Source: Vicinamibacteria bacterium | Lineage (GTDB): Bacteria > Acidobacteriota > Vicinamibacteria > Marinacidobacterales > Marinacidobacteraceae | DNA: 64,000 nt | Assembly (NCBI GenBank): GCA_963668695.2 | Contig: CAXXLQ010000004.1 | Span: 1,504,001-1,568,000 of the forward strand | Direction of reading: 5' to 3' | In this document: positions 49,904-59,546 of the stretch, piece by piece | How positions within the stretch are numbered: position 1 is the first letter of the stretch | Layout of the letters: each line of letters opens with the position of its first letter | Translations under genes and position numbers: made by a program | Notes under the pieces: generated by a model | Told to the model about the DNA's origin: nothing | What the model saw: the letters and a program-made list of their open reading frames with translations, nothing else | The model's database searches: none

Positions 49904-50968
49904 ATGCTCGTCCTGGGGATCGAGACCTCCTGCGACGAAACCTCGGCGGCGGTGGTCGAGGATGGTCGTCGCATCCTCTCGAACGTCGTTTCGTCGCAGG
50001 TCGCCGAGCACGCGGCCTTCGGCGGGGTGGTGCCCGAGATCGCCTCCCGGCAGCACCTCGTGAACCTTTCGCCGGTGGTGCGGCAAGCGCTGAGCGAGGC
50101 GCGCGTGGGACTCGCGGACATCGAGGCCGTTGCGGTAACCAGTGGCCCGGGACTCATCGGAGCGCTGCTTACGGGGGTCTCTTTCGCCAAGGCCTTCGCG
50201 TTCGCCCGCGGCATTCCGCTGGTGGGGGTGGATCACATCGAGGGGCATATCCGGGCCTGCTATCTGGAAGGTGGCGACGTCCCCCACCCGGCGCTGGCGC
50301 TGGTGGTCTCCGGGGGGCACACGAGTCTTTTCCTGCTCGCAGGCGAGAGTTCCTACCGGCTGCTCGGCAAGACCCGCGACGATGCGGCCGGCGAGGCGTA
50401 CGACAAGCTCGCCAAACGGCTCGGCCTCGGCTATCCGGGCGGTCCGGTGCTGGACCGGCTGGCGCAGCGCGGCGACGCGAACCGCCACCTGCTGTCGCTC
50501 CCGCACTTTTCGGACGGCGCCAAACTCGACTTCAGCTTTTCGGGCCTCAAGACCCAGGTCCTGCGGCTCATCGAGAAGGAAGGAATCGCGCCTTTGGCCG
50601 GCGGCGAGGATCCCGCCAGCCGACCCGATCTCTGCGACCTGGCGGCCAGCTTTCAGTCGGCGGTGGTGCGGGCGCTCCGCCGCTCGGTGGACCGCGCGCT
50701 TGACATGTTTGAAGTGAGGGCGGTCCTGCTGTCCGGCGGCGTCGCCGCCAACTCGGCGCTCCGTGCCCGCTTCCGCGCTCTCGGTGAGGAGCGCGGCCTG
50801 CCCGTGTTCTACCCGAGCATCGCCCTCTCCACCGACAACGCGGCCATGATCGCCGCCGCCGGTCACCTGGCACTCCTGCGGGGCGAAACGGCAGGTTCCG
50901 ACCTTACCGCCGACACCGAGTTGCGGCTTGGGGAGTCGGGACCGCGAAGGTCCCGGCGCCACCGGTGA
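49904..50968 (+). CDS. tsaD: tRNA threonylcarbamoyladenosine biosynthesis protein TsaD
   Basis: GIETSCDE, GGVVPE, HIEGH, SGGH, DDAAGEAYDK, TDNAAMI. Confidence 0.95.
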   Translation: MLVLGIETSCDETSAAVVEDGRRILSNVVSSQVAEHAAFGGVVPEIASRQHLVNLSPVVRQALSEARVGLADIEAVAVTSGPGLIGALLTGVSFAKAFAFARGIPLVGVDHIEGHIRACYLEGGDVPHPALALVVSGGHTSLFLLAGESSYRLLGKTRDDAAGEAYDKLAKRLGLGYPGGPVLDRLAQRGDANRHLLSLPHFSDGAKLDFSFSGLKTQVLRLIEKEGIAPLAGGEDPASRPDLCDLAASFQSAVVRALRRSVDRALDMFEVRAVLLSGGVAANSALRARFRALGEERGLPVFYPSIALSTDNAAMIAAAGHLALLRGETAGSDLTADTELRLGESGPRRSRRHR

Positions 50969-52545
50969 ACCCGAACGTGCGGGAGGCGCCGCCCGATCCC
51001 GATCGCGTAACCGCCGTCTACCGACTTCAGGCGAGCTCCGGGGACCCGGAGGAGTTCGCCCGCGCCATCGCCATCGAGCAGACGGTAGAGATTCCGCAGT
51101 CGCTCATTCCACCCGGACGGATTCAGGACGAAATCGTCGGGAAGGTCGAGTCGGTGGCGCCCGATCCGGACGCTTCGGGCGCCTCCCGAATCACCATCAG
51201 CTACGCGGCGGATCTCGCGACGGATCTCTTCGGCCTGCTGAGCGTGGCTATCGGCAACGCCTCGATGTACGGCGGAGTGCGACTCGTCGATCTGCAGCCA
51301 CCCCGGGCGCTCCTCGAGAGCCTCCCGGGACCGAACCACGGCGTCGAAGGGGTGCGGCGGCTTTGCGGTGTGCTCGGGCGTCCGCTGCTGGCCACGGCGG
51401 TAAAGCCCCGGGGCTCGAGCGTCCCCGAGTTGGCCGCGATCGCGGGCGCCTTCGCGCGGGCTGGTGGAGATCTGGTCAAGGACGATCAGAACCTGACCGA
51501 CGACTTCCCTGCTTTTCGATCCCGGGTGCTCGCCTGCGGCGAGGCGGTGGACCGGGCCAACCAGACCACGGGTCGGCGGTGCCTCTACCTCCCCCACGCC
51601 GGCGCCCGGGCGGAGGAACTCGAACGTTTCGTCGAGTTCGTCGCCGAGGCCGGTCTCCCCGGTGTCTTGATCTGCCCGATGATCGCCGGCCTCGACACGG
51701 TGCGGGCGTTGGCGGAGCGCTATCCGCTGATCTTCATGGCGCACCCCTCGCTGACCGGGGCCTACACGCACGCTCCCACCCAGGGAGTGGCCCACGGGGT
51801 CCTGCTCGGGACCCTCTTCCGGCTGGCCGGAGCGGACATTTCGGTGTTTCCGGATGCGGGCGGCCGCTTTGCGTATTCGGCAGCCGAGTGTGCGGAGATC
51901 ACCGGGCGGCTCCGGGAGCCGCTCGGCGCGCTCCGTCCGGCGTGGCCGGCCCCCGCCGGCGGGATGGGCCTCGCCGACGTAGGGCGCATCTGCGAGACCT
52001 ACGGCCCCGATACGGTCCTGCTGATCGGCGGGGCGCTCCTCGGCCACACCGGCGGCGTGGAGGCGGGAACCCGGGAGATCCTCGCGAGGATCCGCGAATC
52101 CCACCCCGAGGTGGCCATGGAACCGGCGGATCTGCCGCGCCCCGCGCTCCCCGAGCCGCGCCGGTTGGCCTTCAGCCGCGACTGGAACTGGGAGGGGCGC
52201 GACAGCTCGCCCTACAAGGACGCTCGAGATCTCGCGTTCCGGGGCGTGCGGCGGGTGGAACTCGTCGGGAAATTCGGGGAGCGAACGCGCTCGGACCTGC
52301 GCTACTTCGAGGTCGAACCGGGTGGCCACACGAGCCTCGAGCGGCACGTCCACACCCACGTGGTCATCGGGGCCCGCGGGGAGGGCGTCCTCCTGCTCGG
52401 GGATCGGCGGCTGCCGCTGCGGCACCTCGACGTCGCCTGCGTCGGCCCGCTGGAGGCCCACCAGTTGCGGAACGAGACCGCCGAGCCGTTCGGTTTCTTC
52501 TGCGTGGTGGACCACGACCGCGACCGCCCGATGAGGGCGGAGTAG
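50965..52545 (+). CDS. RuBisCO-like protein (form IV) fused to a cupin
   Basis: AIEQT, AVKPRG, GGDLVKDD, AHP, PAGG, IGG; C-terminal LRYFEVEPGGHTSLERHVHTH..HQLRN..GFFCVVD. Confidence 0.9.
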   Translation: MNPNVREAPPDPDRVTAVYRLQASSGDPEEFARAIAIEQTVEIPQSLIPPGRIQDEIVGKVESVAPDPDASGASRITISYAADLATDLFGLLSVAIGNASMYGGVRLVDLQPPRALLESLPGPNHGVEGVRRLCGVLGRPLLATAVKPRGSSVPELAAIAGAFARAGGDLVKDDQNLTDDFPAFRSRVLACGEAVDRANQTTGRRCLYLPHAGARAEELERFVEFVAEAGLPGVLICPMIAGLDTVRALAERYPLIFMAHPSLTGAYTHAPTQGVAHGVLLGTLFRLAGADISVFPDAGGRFAYSAAECAEITGRLREPLGALRPAWPAPAGGMGLADVGRICETYGPDTVLLIGGALLGHTGGVEAGTREILARIRESHPEVAMEPADLPRPALPEPRRLAFSRDWNWEGRDSSPYKDARDLAFRGVRRVELVGKFGERTRSDLRYFEVEPGGHTSLERHVHTHVVIGARGEGVLLLGDRRLPLRHLDVACVGPLEAHQLRNETAEPFGFFCVVDHDRDRPMRAE

Positions 52546-52759
52546 GCGAGGGACGGTCCTTGGAATTGATGGACCCTCCCCAAACGGTTACTTTGTAGAG
52601 AGGCGGCGGGCCTAGGGAGACCCACCCATCTCCGGCATGGCCTGTCCTTCGAGGACCTTGTACCACGTGTACGTCGTCATGTCGCCCGTCGCTGAACATT
52701 TTGCCCGGACGGCGCCGCAGGGAAGGAACCGCCCCAGTTTCTCGGTGGGGGTCCTCCAG

Positions 52760-53226
52760 CAGCCTGTGGACAAAGTGACGTGAGCACCGAGGCCGGTGAG
52801 GCGCCCGGCTGACAAGGCGCGCGAGGGAGGAGCCCCCACCGGGAGAACTGGCCCGAGTGTATTTCGACCGATGTGCAACGCAGAGCGTCGCGAAGCGGCG
52901 CGGTTCAGCCGGGATGCATCGCCGGTCGCTTCCGGAGCGGGGCGCGAGCACCGCGGAGACCCCGGAGCGGAAGGGACGGGAGGCGGGGCTACCCGACCCC
53001 CATCCCTTCTGGCTCGGGCTTCCGGAGCGGGGCGCGAGCACCGCGGAGACCCCGGAGCGGAAGGGACGGGAGGCGGGGCTACCCGACCCCCATCCCTTCT
53101 GGCTCGGGCTTCCGGAGCGGGGCGCGAGCACCGCGGAGACCCCGGAGCGGAAGGGACGGGAGGCGGGGCTACCCGACCCCCATCCCTTCTGGCTCGGGAA
53201 TGCCGCCTGACTTTGTCCACAGGCTG
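52760..53226 (+). mobile_element. MITE carrying three exact 90-bp tandem units
   Basis: Ends CAGCCTGTGGACAAAGT / ACTTTGTCCACAGGCTG then CTAG; units at about 52928, 53018 and 53108. Confidence 0.88.
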
Positions 53227-53565
53227 CTAGGTCGGGATCGTCCCCCGAGAGGCGGGCGAAATGCGTATGGCCGACCCGCGTGAAGCGCGGCCGGGTCAGG
53301 GGCCCCCACCGGGAGAAACTGGCGCCGCCTCTGGCCGGCAGCGCGCCGGAGCGCGAAACGAGCGCCGATGCCGCTGCGCCATGCCGACGTCAGGGCCGCA
53401 CTCCCGGGGAGTCCTCAGCTCCGGGGCGCCGCCACGCTGGCGTCGCAGCCGGGACGCGCCCTCGTTCCTCTGCTCGGCGCCCCGGCGAGCCGGTGGCGTC
53501 TCGAACCCGGCGTGGGATGTTCCGGCGATCAGCACCTCAGTCGCAGTGGTGCGGGGTCACACCGC

Positions 53566-54048
53566 TCAGGATCGATCCAACGCACTCATGAACCGTCCAA
53601 ACCGCTCAAGGTCGCGCGTCACCAGCGGATGAGCCTGGCGCAGCTTGCCCACGAGAAAGTCCAGGCGATCCCAGTCATATTCCAACTCGAAGTAGTTACG
53701 CTTGAAGTGGCGGAACTGGAGCAGTTGCAAGAGCGGGGGGAAGGCAGCCTCTGATACCGCCGCCACCCGCACGCCCTTGATCTCCAGAGTCATCTTCTGC
53801 AGCAAGTCCGTGTGCCAGCGGTCGGAGCCGAGACGGTTTTCGAAGTGCTGCGAGATTCGCAGGAGGATCGTCTCCAGGCAGGTGTAGTAGTTCTCCAGCA
53901 GGCCAGCGATGATGAGCGCCGACACCGGCGTCTTGCCGAGCCTGGTGATCTCGTCGGTGAGCGCCCTCTCGAGGGTTCCGTGAACCGCCTCCAGCCGCCG
54001 CCGATGCAATTCGACGAGGGCTGTGAGTTCACGGATCGCTGCGTTCAT
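53566..54048 (-). CDS. HEPN-domain RNase toxin (HepT-like)
   Basis: NYYTCLE, WHTDLL, FRHFKRNY; downstream of the MNT gene. Confidence 0.8.
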   Translation of the reverse strand: MNAAIRELTALVELHRRRLEAVHGTLERALTDEITRLGKTPVSALIIAGLLENYYTCLETILLRISQHFENRLGSDRWHTDLLQKMTLEIKGVRVAAVSEAAFPPLLQLLQFRHFKRNYFELEYDWDRLDFLVGKLRQAHPLVTRDLERFGRFMSALDRS

Positions 54049-54418
54049 GGACCACTGCACCCCGGGCGCGAATGCGCTCGGCGATCTCCGCTGGGACCTT
54101 CTCCAGCTCGATCACGTCGACCGGTAGGGTCGTTCCCTCCATCGCGATGCCGAGTGTCCGAAAGAACTCGGCCGGCCCGTGCAGCCCCTCGATTGCGAAG
54201 TCGATGTCCGAGATTTCACTGAATCGCGACCGATCGAGCAGCGACCCCCACTGGTAGATGCGGCGCGGGTTTACTTGTTCCGCGATTGCCGCGACGATCG
54301 CGCTCGCGTCCCGGGTGGCCTGCTCGAAGCGTGCATCAATCCGCGCACGCCGCCGCCTTTCCTTTTCGGTCTGGAATGCCCGGGCCCGATCGAGATCGAT
54401 GCCGAACTCGTTTGCCAC
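54029..54418 (-). CDS. Minimal nucleotidyltransferase (MNT) antitoxin
   Basis: WGS..SDID, PVDVI; a TATACT box precedes the GTG start. Confidence 0.82.
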   Translation of the reverse strand: MANEFGIDLDRARAFQTEKERRRRARIDARFEQATRDASAIVAAIAEQVNPRRIYQWGSLLDRSRFSEISDIDFAIEGLHGPAEFFRTLGIAMEGTTLPVDVIELEKVPAEIAERIRARGAVVHERSDP

Positions 54419-54513
54419 CGCGTGCCAGTATAAGCGGCGGCGGCGCACCCTCCGGACGACCGGTTCCCGGTGGTCCGAAGCGCCGGGGGCGTTCTGTCCG
54501 TCTGCCGAGTGCG

Positions 54514-57500
54514 CTACCGGACCACGTCGGCCAGCTCACGAAACCGGCAGAAGGCGTTGGCGAGCCGCATCTGGTGCGGGGTCTTGCACTCCGGAAAGAA
54601 CAGTTCCGGACTTGCCACCACGACCGCGAGGCAGCGGGCTCGCGACGTCGCCACATTGAGCCGGTTCAGCGAATAGAGGAAGTCCATCCCGCGTGGGGCC
54701 GCCTCGGGAGTGGAGGTCGCCAGCGAATAGAAGACCACTGGAGCCTCCTGTCCCTGGAACTTGTCCACGGTTCCGACTCGGGCTCGGCCGTCGAGTGCAC
54801 GAGTGAGGAGGTTGACCTGGGCGTTGTAGGGAGCGACGATCAGGATGTCCTTGGGGGTGATCCTGTGGCTCACGCCGTCGGCGCCGGTCCAGGAGCCGGC
54901 ATCGAGCAGGCCGTCGACGAGAGACGCGATGCGGTCGGCCTCCTCCGGCGACTCCCGCTGGTTGCCCTCGTGATCGACGGGGACGAACCGAAGGCCGGCC
55001 CCGGGCAGGGGGCCGCCCCGGACCGCCTGGCGTTCCAGGCCCGGCCGGACCTGCAAGCGATCCTCGTAGAACTGTTCCGAGGTGAACCGGCAGATCTCCG
55101 GATGCATCCGCCAGGTCTGCCCGAGGAAGAGACCGCGGTCTGGCGGGATCGTTTTCTCCCCGCCGAGGAGGTGGCCGAGCGCCGAGGCGGCCGAGCCCTC
55201 CGGGTGCACCCCTTGCGTCACCTGGTCGAGCTGCCGTGGGTCGCCGAGCAGCACCAGGCTCTTCGTGGACTGAGCCGAGGCAAGCGTATTGGCGAGCGAG
55301 AACTGTCCCGCCTCGTCCACCACCAGCACGTCCACGGAGCCCTGCATTCCCTGTCGGGCCCAGACCCAGGCGGTCCCGGCGATCAGGCGGACTTCGAGGT
55401 CAGCGGCAGCGGTTACGGCATTGGCGGAGCCGGTCTCTACCTGGACCCGGGCGTCCCTGCAACCCTCATACGGCGTGATCTGGGTTCCCCGGAACTCGAC
55501 GCCCTCTTGGTCCGCCGCCGAACAGACGTGATCCAGCAGGTTGGTGATGACCTGGTGGCTCTGGGCGGTCACCCCCACCCGCCGCCCGGCGGCCAGTAGC
55601 GCGGTGATGATCCGGGCGCCGGTGTACGTTTTTCCGCTCCCCGGAGGCCCCTGAATCGGCAGCACCGACCGGTCGAGGCCGAGCGCGAGGCGCCGGGCGG
55701 CGGGGAGGAGGTCCTCCCCGGGCCGAACCAGCGGCGCCCCGGACGAGCCGGAACGGGGCCGGACCCGCCGGAGCAGATCGAAAGCGGCCCGCCGCGTACT
55801 CCCTTCCGCAAATCCCTCTTCGGCCACCCGCTCGCCGAGCCGGAAGAGCGAATCACGCAGCGCCTGAGCGCCCAGAATGCCGAGAGGGACCAGCGCCAGC
55901 GGATGGGGCCGCCGCGCGATCTGCGGGCCGCGTTTCAGGATGAGAGCGCCGCTCCGGACCTCCACCACGGTTCCCGGCGACTCTTTCGTCGCGGGGTCAC
56001 GGACGTCTTGTCCGACCTCGATCCCGTGTTCCTGCGGCGGAAACCGGTAGCGACAGAGCGTGGATCGCTTTTCCTTGCCCACCTCTCCCTCGAACTCGAG
56101 ACCGCCCAGTGTCGTCCGCTCCTCGACCAATTCCTGGGCGTCCAGCCCCAAGAGGTGGAAGTACTCCCACCACTGGGATTTGTCTTCCCGCCGGTAGTAG
56201 TCGAGGAGATATCCGAGCAGACGACGTGCCGGGGCTTCCTCCTCCGCACCTTCGGCGAGCAGCCGTTCGACAAGTTCGGAGACTCGCAGAGCGGCCTCCA
56301 TCTGGGCCTGCTCCTTCTCCGGAGGGATTTCGACTACCGGTCGATCCACGGGGCCGATGTGGTCGGTCAGATCCCGACGCTGCTCTTCGAGCCAGCCATG
56401 GAGGACGAGGGTGGACAGACAGTCTTCGCGGTTGTAGCGCCGGATGACTTCCAGATCGGCCGGTTCCCCGGCGCCGCCGGAATCCAGCGCGGCGTCCATC
56501 CTGGCGCGCGCCCGGATCGCCTCGACGAGATCCTGTTCCCGGACGAACCCGTAGAAGGGTTCCATCTCCTTGATGGAGTAGCTCTCCACCGATGCGACGA
56601 CCCCCTGGCGAACGACCTGCAGCAAATCAACGAAGACCTGACGGCGGAGGAGGCCGTCCATCGTGTCCTCGCGGGTGGCGTAGCGGCTCATCAGCCGCTT
56701 CAGCGCACCGGTCTCGTAGCCGCCGTAGTGGTAGATGTGGAGTTCGGGAAAACGCTCGATCCGCTCCTCCACCATGTCCATGAAGTCTTCGAACGTGCGG
56801 CGCTCGCGGTCGCGGTCGAAAGCCCAGTGGTCGTCGTAGCGGCCGTCGCGATTCACGAAACCGAACAGGTACTCAAGCGCGTGGTCTGCGCCCGGCCGGG
56901 AGCTCTCAATGTCGAAGAACAGGTCCCCGCCGGAGGGCTCGGGAAGCGCCAATAGGCCGCGTCCAGCTTCTGGCGGGTCGGTCAGGTCGTGGAATGGCCG
57001 CCCCTGTTCACGCCCGGTGAGCTGCGCTTTCGCCTGGCGATGGATGCGCTCGAGTGAAGCCGCCTGAACTCCGGCGAGCGGCGGGTCCATCGGCAGGGGT
57101 AGCCGCGCAAGGCCCGCGAGCGTTCTGATGCCGCGTCTTTCGAGCCGTTCGCGCTGGTGGCGCGTCGCACCAGCGACGAGGGAGAGGTGATCATCCTCGT
57201 GCCGCCGGTCCTTGCAGACGTGGTTCCAGTCGCAGCGCGGGCAAAGCTCCACCGGTTCCGGATAGGGTTCCGCGGGCTCGGTGCAGTGCTCCTCGAACCG
57301 TTTTCTGAGCGCCCGCTCGAACGCCGCGAAGTCCGGGACGCGAAAGCGCTCGACCTCGCCGTCCCCCAGCGCGAGAACCATCGCTTCCGGCGCCGCGCCC
57401 TGAGCCTGCTCGAGAAGTCGGGAATAGACGGCGATCTGGAGCACCGCATCCGCCTTCGCCGCCGCGGCCAGCTTGGCGTCCACTACCTCGTAGGACCAAT

Positions 57501-57879
57501 CCCCGAGGTCGCTGCGGCCTGGAACCCGCACCAGGAAGTCGGGGTAGCCGCTCCAGCTTCCGTTGCCGAGTCGCCCTTGGTAGATGACCTCCACCCCGCG
57601 CCTCATCGCGGTGAGTGTTCGTTCCCCTCGCGGGGCGAAACCCCCGCCAGAATCGATGGTTTCGACCGTGCGGCCCTCGGCCCGATACCGCTCGAGGATG
57701 GCTCCTTCGTGTACCCGTCCGGCTTCGGCGAGTGCCTCCCGCCGGGGGTCCTCAAAGACGTGGGGCGGGGAGAGCTCGCCGAGGGCGACGCCCCGGGAGA
57801 GAGTCGTCAGGCGCCGGCAGGCGAGAAACCGGCTGAGATCCGTGGGGGCAAAGAAGAGCTGCCCGTTTCTTTGGTGCAT
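54514..57879 (-). CDS. TM0106 family RecB-like nuclease / RNase H-like / Upf1-like helicase
   Basis: PDFL..DAK, FFDIE, YSIK, YNREDC, GPPGSGKT, DEAGQ, GDPRQL, TVDKFQGQE, RLNVATSRA. Confidence 0.92.
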   Translation of the reverse strand: MHQRNGQLFFAPTDLSRFLACRRLTTLSRGVALGELSPPHVFEDPRREALAEAGRVHEGAILERYRAEGRTVETIDSGGGFAPRGERTLTAMRRGVEVIYQGRLGNGSWSGYPDFLVRVPGRSDLGDWSYEVVDAKLAAAAKADAVLQIAVYSRLLEQAQGAAPEAMVLALGDGEVERFRVPDFAAFERALRKRFEEHCTEPAEPYPEPVELCPRCDWNHVCKDRRHEDDHLSLVAGATRHQRERLERRGIRTLAGLARLPLPMDPPLAGVQAASLERIHRQAKAQLTGREQGRPFHDLTDPPEAGRGLLALPEPSGGDLFFDIESSRPGADHALEYLFGFVNRDGRYDDHWAFDRDRERRTFEDFMDMVEERIERFPELHIYHYGGYETGALKRLMSRYATREDTMDGLLRRQVFVDLLQVVRQGVVASVESYSIKEMEPFYGFVREQDLVEAIRARARMDAALDSGGAGEPADLEVIRRYNREDCLSTLVLHGWLEEQRRDLTDHIGPVDRPVVEIPPEKEQAQMEAALRVSELVERLLAEGAEEEAPARRLLGYLLDYYRREDKSQWWEYFHLLGLDAQELVEERTTLGGLEFEGEVGKEKRSTLCRYRFPPQEHGIEVGQDVRDPATKESPGTVVEVRSGALILKRGPQIARRPHPLALVPLGILGAQALRDSLFRLGERVAEEGFAEGSTRRAAFDLLRRVRPRSGSSGAPLVRPGEDLLPAARRLALGLDRSVLPIQGPPGSGKTYTGARIITALLAAGRRVGVTAQSHQVITNLLDHVCSAADQEGVEFRGTQITPYEGCRDARVQVETGSANAVTAAADLEVRLIAGTAWVWARQGMQGSVDVLVVDEAGQFSLANTLASAQSTKSLVLLGDPRQLDQVTQGVHPEGSAASALGHLLGGEKTIPPDRGLFLGQTWRMHPEICRFTSEQFYEDRLQVRPGLERQAVRGGPLPGAGLRFVPVDHEGNQRESPEEADRIASLVDGLLDAGSWTGADGVSHRITPKDILIVAPYNAQVNLLTRALDGRARVGTVDKFQGQEAPVVFYSLATSTPEAAPRGMDFLYSLNRLNVATSRARCLAVVVASPELFFPECKTPHQMRLANAFCRFRELADVVR

Positions 57880-58032
57880 CGGCGGGCGAAGTCTATGGAT
57901 TGGCCAGCAAGGACGGGGCTGGCTATGGACCGACGCGGTCCGGGTGGGCATCTCGTGCCGGAGACCGCGGAAACCGCACGACTCCTCCGGATGGCTGTGG
58001 GTTCCGACCAGCCCGCCCCGGCAGAGCGGACC

Positions 58033-59298
58033 TCACGACCGGTCCAAGGTCCCCGGCGCCTCCCACAGCCGGCGGATCGGCACCGCGTACAGCCGCTCAC
58101 CGAACCGGGCGCTGGTTTCCCCGTCGAAGAGCACCACTCCGGCCGCGAATCGATCCCCGGTGGCATTCGCCAGTTTGCGTAGTCCCCGAAAGTCGCGACC
58201 CCTTACGGTGGAGGATGCCTTGACCTCCAATCCGGCGACGGCTCCGCCGGCTCGCTCGATCACCAGATCCACCTCGACACCGTCACGGTTGCGGAAATGG
58301 AAGAAAGTCGTCGCGGCGTCACTCCAGTCCGCCTGCCGTCTCAACTCCTGGAACACGAAGGTCTCCAGTAGTTGGCCCAGCAGCGTTCGGTTCCGGGCCA
58401 GTTCCTCGGCATTCGCGCCCAGCAGGGCGCACGCCAGACCGGTGTCGCCGAAGTGGAGTTTCGATGTCTTGATCAGACGGCTCACGCGATTGCTCCGCCA
58501 AGCGGGCAGGCGTTCCAGAAGGAACATCCGTTCGAGGAGAGTCAGGTAGCTGCGGATCGTGGGGCGCGTGAGCTGAAAGGGCGAGGCCAAATCGTTCACG
58601 TTGAAGAGCCCGGCGGTTTGGGCGGCCGAGACGCCGAGCAGGCGGGGCAGGGCTTCGAGGGCTCCGATCCGGGCTAGGTCCCGCACGTCGCGCTCGACCA
58701 GCGATGTTGCGTAATCGCGCAGCCAACGGGCGCAGCGCCGCTCCGTCGGCAGCGCGAGCGCCGCCGGATATCCCCCGGCGACGATCTGTTCGGCCAGTTG
58801 CTTTCCAAGTCTCTCACTTGGCGCCATCGGAAAACCGTCGCCGAAGACGGTGTCCAGGAAGTCGGGAATCCGGCCCGCGAGTTCTGCCTGCGACAGCGGA
58901 TGGAGCCGCACGATCTGCAGGCGACCCGCCAACGAGTCGGACAATCGCGGGAGGAGCAGCACCTGGGTCGAGCCCGCCATCAGGAAGCGCCCCGGGGAGC
59001 GCCTCCGGTCAATCTCGGTCTTCAGGGCCCGGAACAGCGAAGGGGTGCGCTGCACTTCGTCCAGAATGACGCGTTCGGGTAAATCGGCGGCAAAGCCGAT
59101 CGGATCCGCCTCGGCGGCGTCCCGCAGGGTGTCGTCATCCAGATTGACGTAGGCGTATCCGCGGCCTTGCCCGAACCGGCGCGCGAGGGTGGTTTTCCCG
59201 GATTGGCGGGGACCGTGGATCAGGACGGCCGGCGAGTCTTCGAGCGCTTCCGCGAGACGCGGCTCGACGAAGCGGGGGTACATGGTGTCCCGAGCCAT
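58033..59298 (-). CDS. AAA+ ATPase with DUF4143 domain (second paralog)
   Basis: GPRQSGKTT, LDEVQ, GGYP, KLHFGDTGL, EVD..EVK. Confidence 0.9.
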   Translation of the reverse strand: MARDTMYPRFVEPRLAEALEDSPAVLIHGPRQSGKTTLARRFGQGRGYAYVNLDDDTLRDAAEADPIGFAADLPERVILDEVQRTPSLFRALKTEIDRRRSPGRFLMAGSTQVLLLPRLSDSLAGRLQIVRLHPLSQAELAGRIPDFLDTVFGDGFPMAPSERLGKQLAEQIVAGGYPAALALPTERRCARWLRDYATSLVERDVRDLARIGALEALPRLLGVSAAQTAGLFNVNDLASPFQLTRPTIRSYLTLLERMFLLERLPAWRSNRVSRLIKTSKLHFGDTGLACALLGANAEELARNRTLLGQLLETFVFQELRRQADWSDAATTFFHFRNRDGVEVDLVIERAGGAVAGLEVKASSTVRGRDFRGLRKLANATGDRFAAGVVLFDGETSARFGERLYAVPIRRLWEAPGTLDRS

Positions 59299-59380
59299 CG
59301 GCAGATTGTAAAGTTATCTTCGCCAAAATGAAAACTCAGTGTTCGGCAGAATGAAAACATCAATCCGTCCAAACGAAAAT
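59298..59380 (-). promoter_or_regulatory. Four direct repeats at 22-23 bp period over the promoter
   Basis: TCGGCAGATTGTAAAG (59298), TCGCCAAAATGAAAAC (59320), TCGGCAGAATGAAAAC (59343), CCGTCCAAACGAAAAT (59365); minus-strand TACAAT at 59310-59305. Confidence 0.65.
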
Positions 59381-59398
59381 GAAACAACTGCCAAAGGA

Positions 59399-59424
59399 GG
59401 GACCGCCGACCTCCAGGTCGGCAT
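59399..59424 (+). repeat. REP-like palindrome
   Basis: GGGACCGCCGACC-TCCA-GGTCGGCAT. Confidence 0.55.
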
Positions 59425-59546
59425 CGCAGCCCGGGAGGGCTGCGAAACGCGCAATGCCAATTCCGGAGGGCCGCGAAACGGGGAGCGCCGCCTCCCTTCG
59501 GTGATATAACGCCGAATCGGCCCATCCCTCGTTCCAAGGAGGCGTC

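Noticed and set aside
50965-52110. Carbon-fixing RuBisCO
   Set aside because: KDDQ rather than KDDE, short length, no small subunit or prk, and methionine-salvage context
52612-52680. Short minus-strand ORF MTTYTWYKVLEG
   Set aside because: Possibly a gene remnant, but too short to assign
52928-53198. CRISPR array or repeat-protein gene
   Set aside because: Pure 90-bp tandem repeat inside MITE ends; its ORFs are low-complexity
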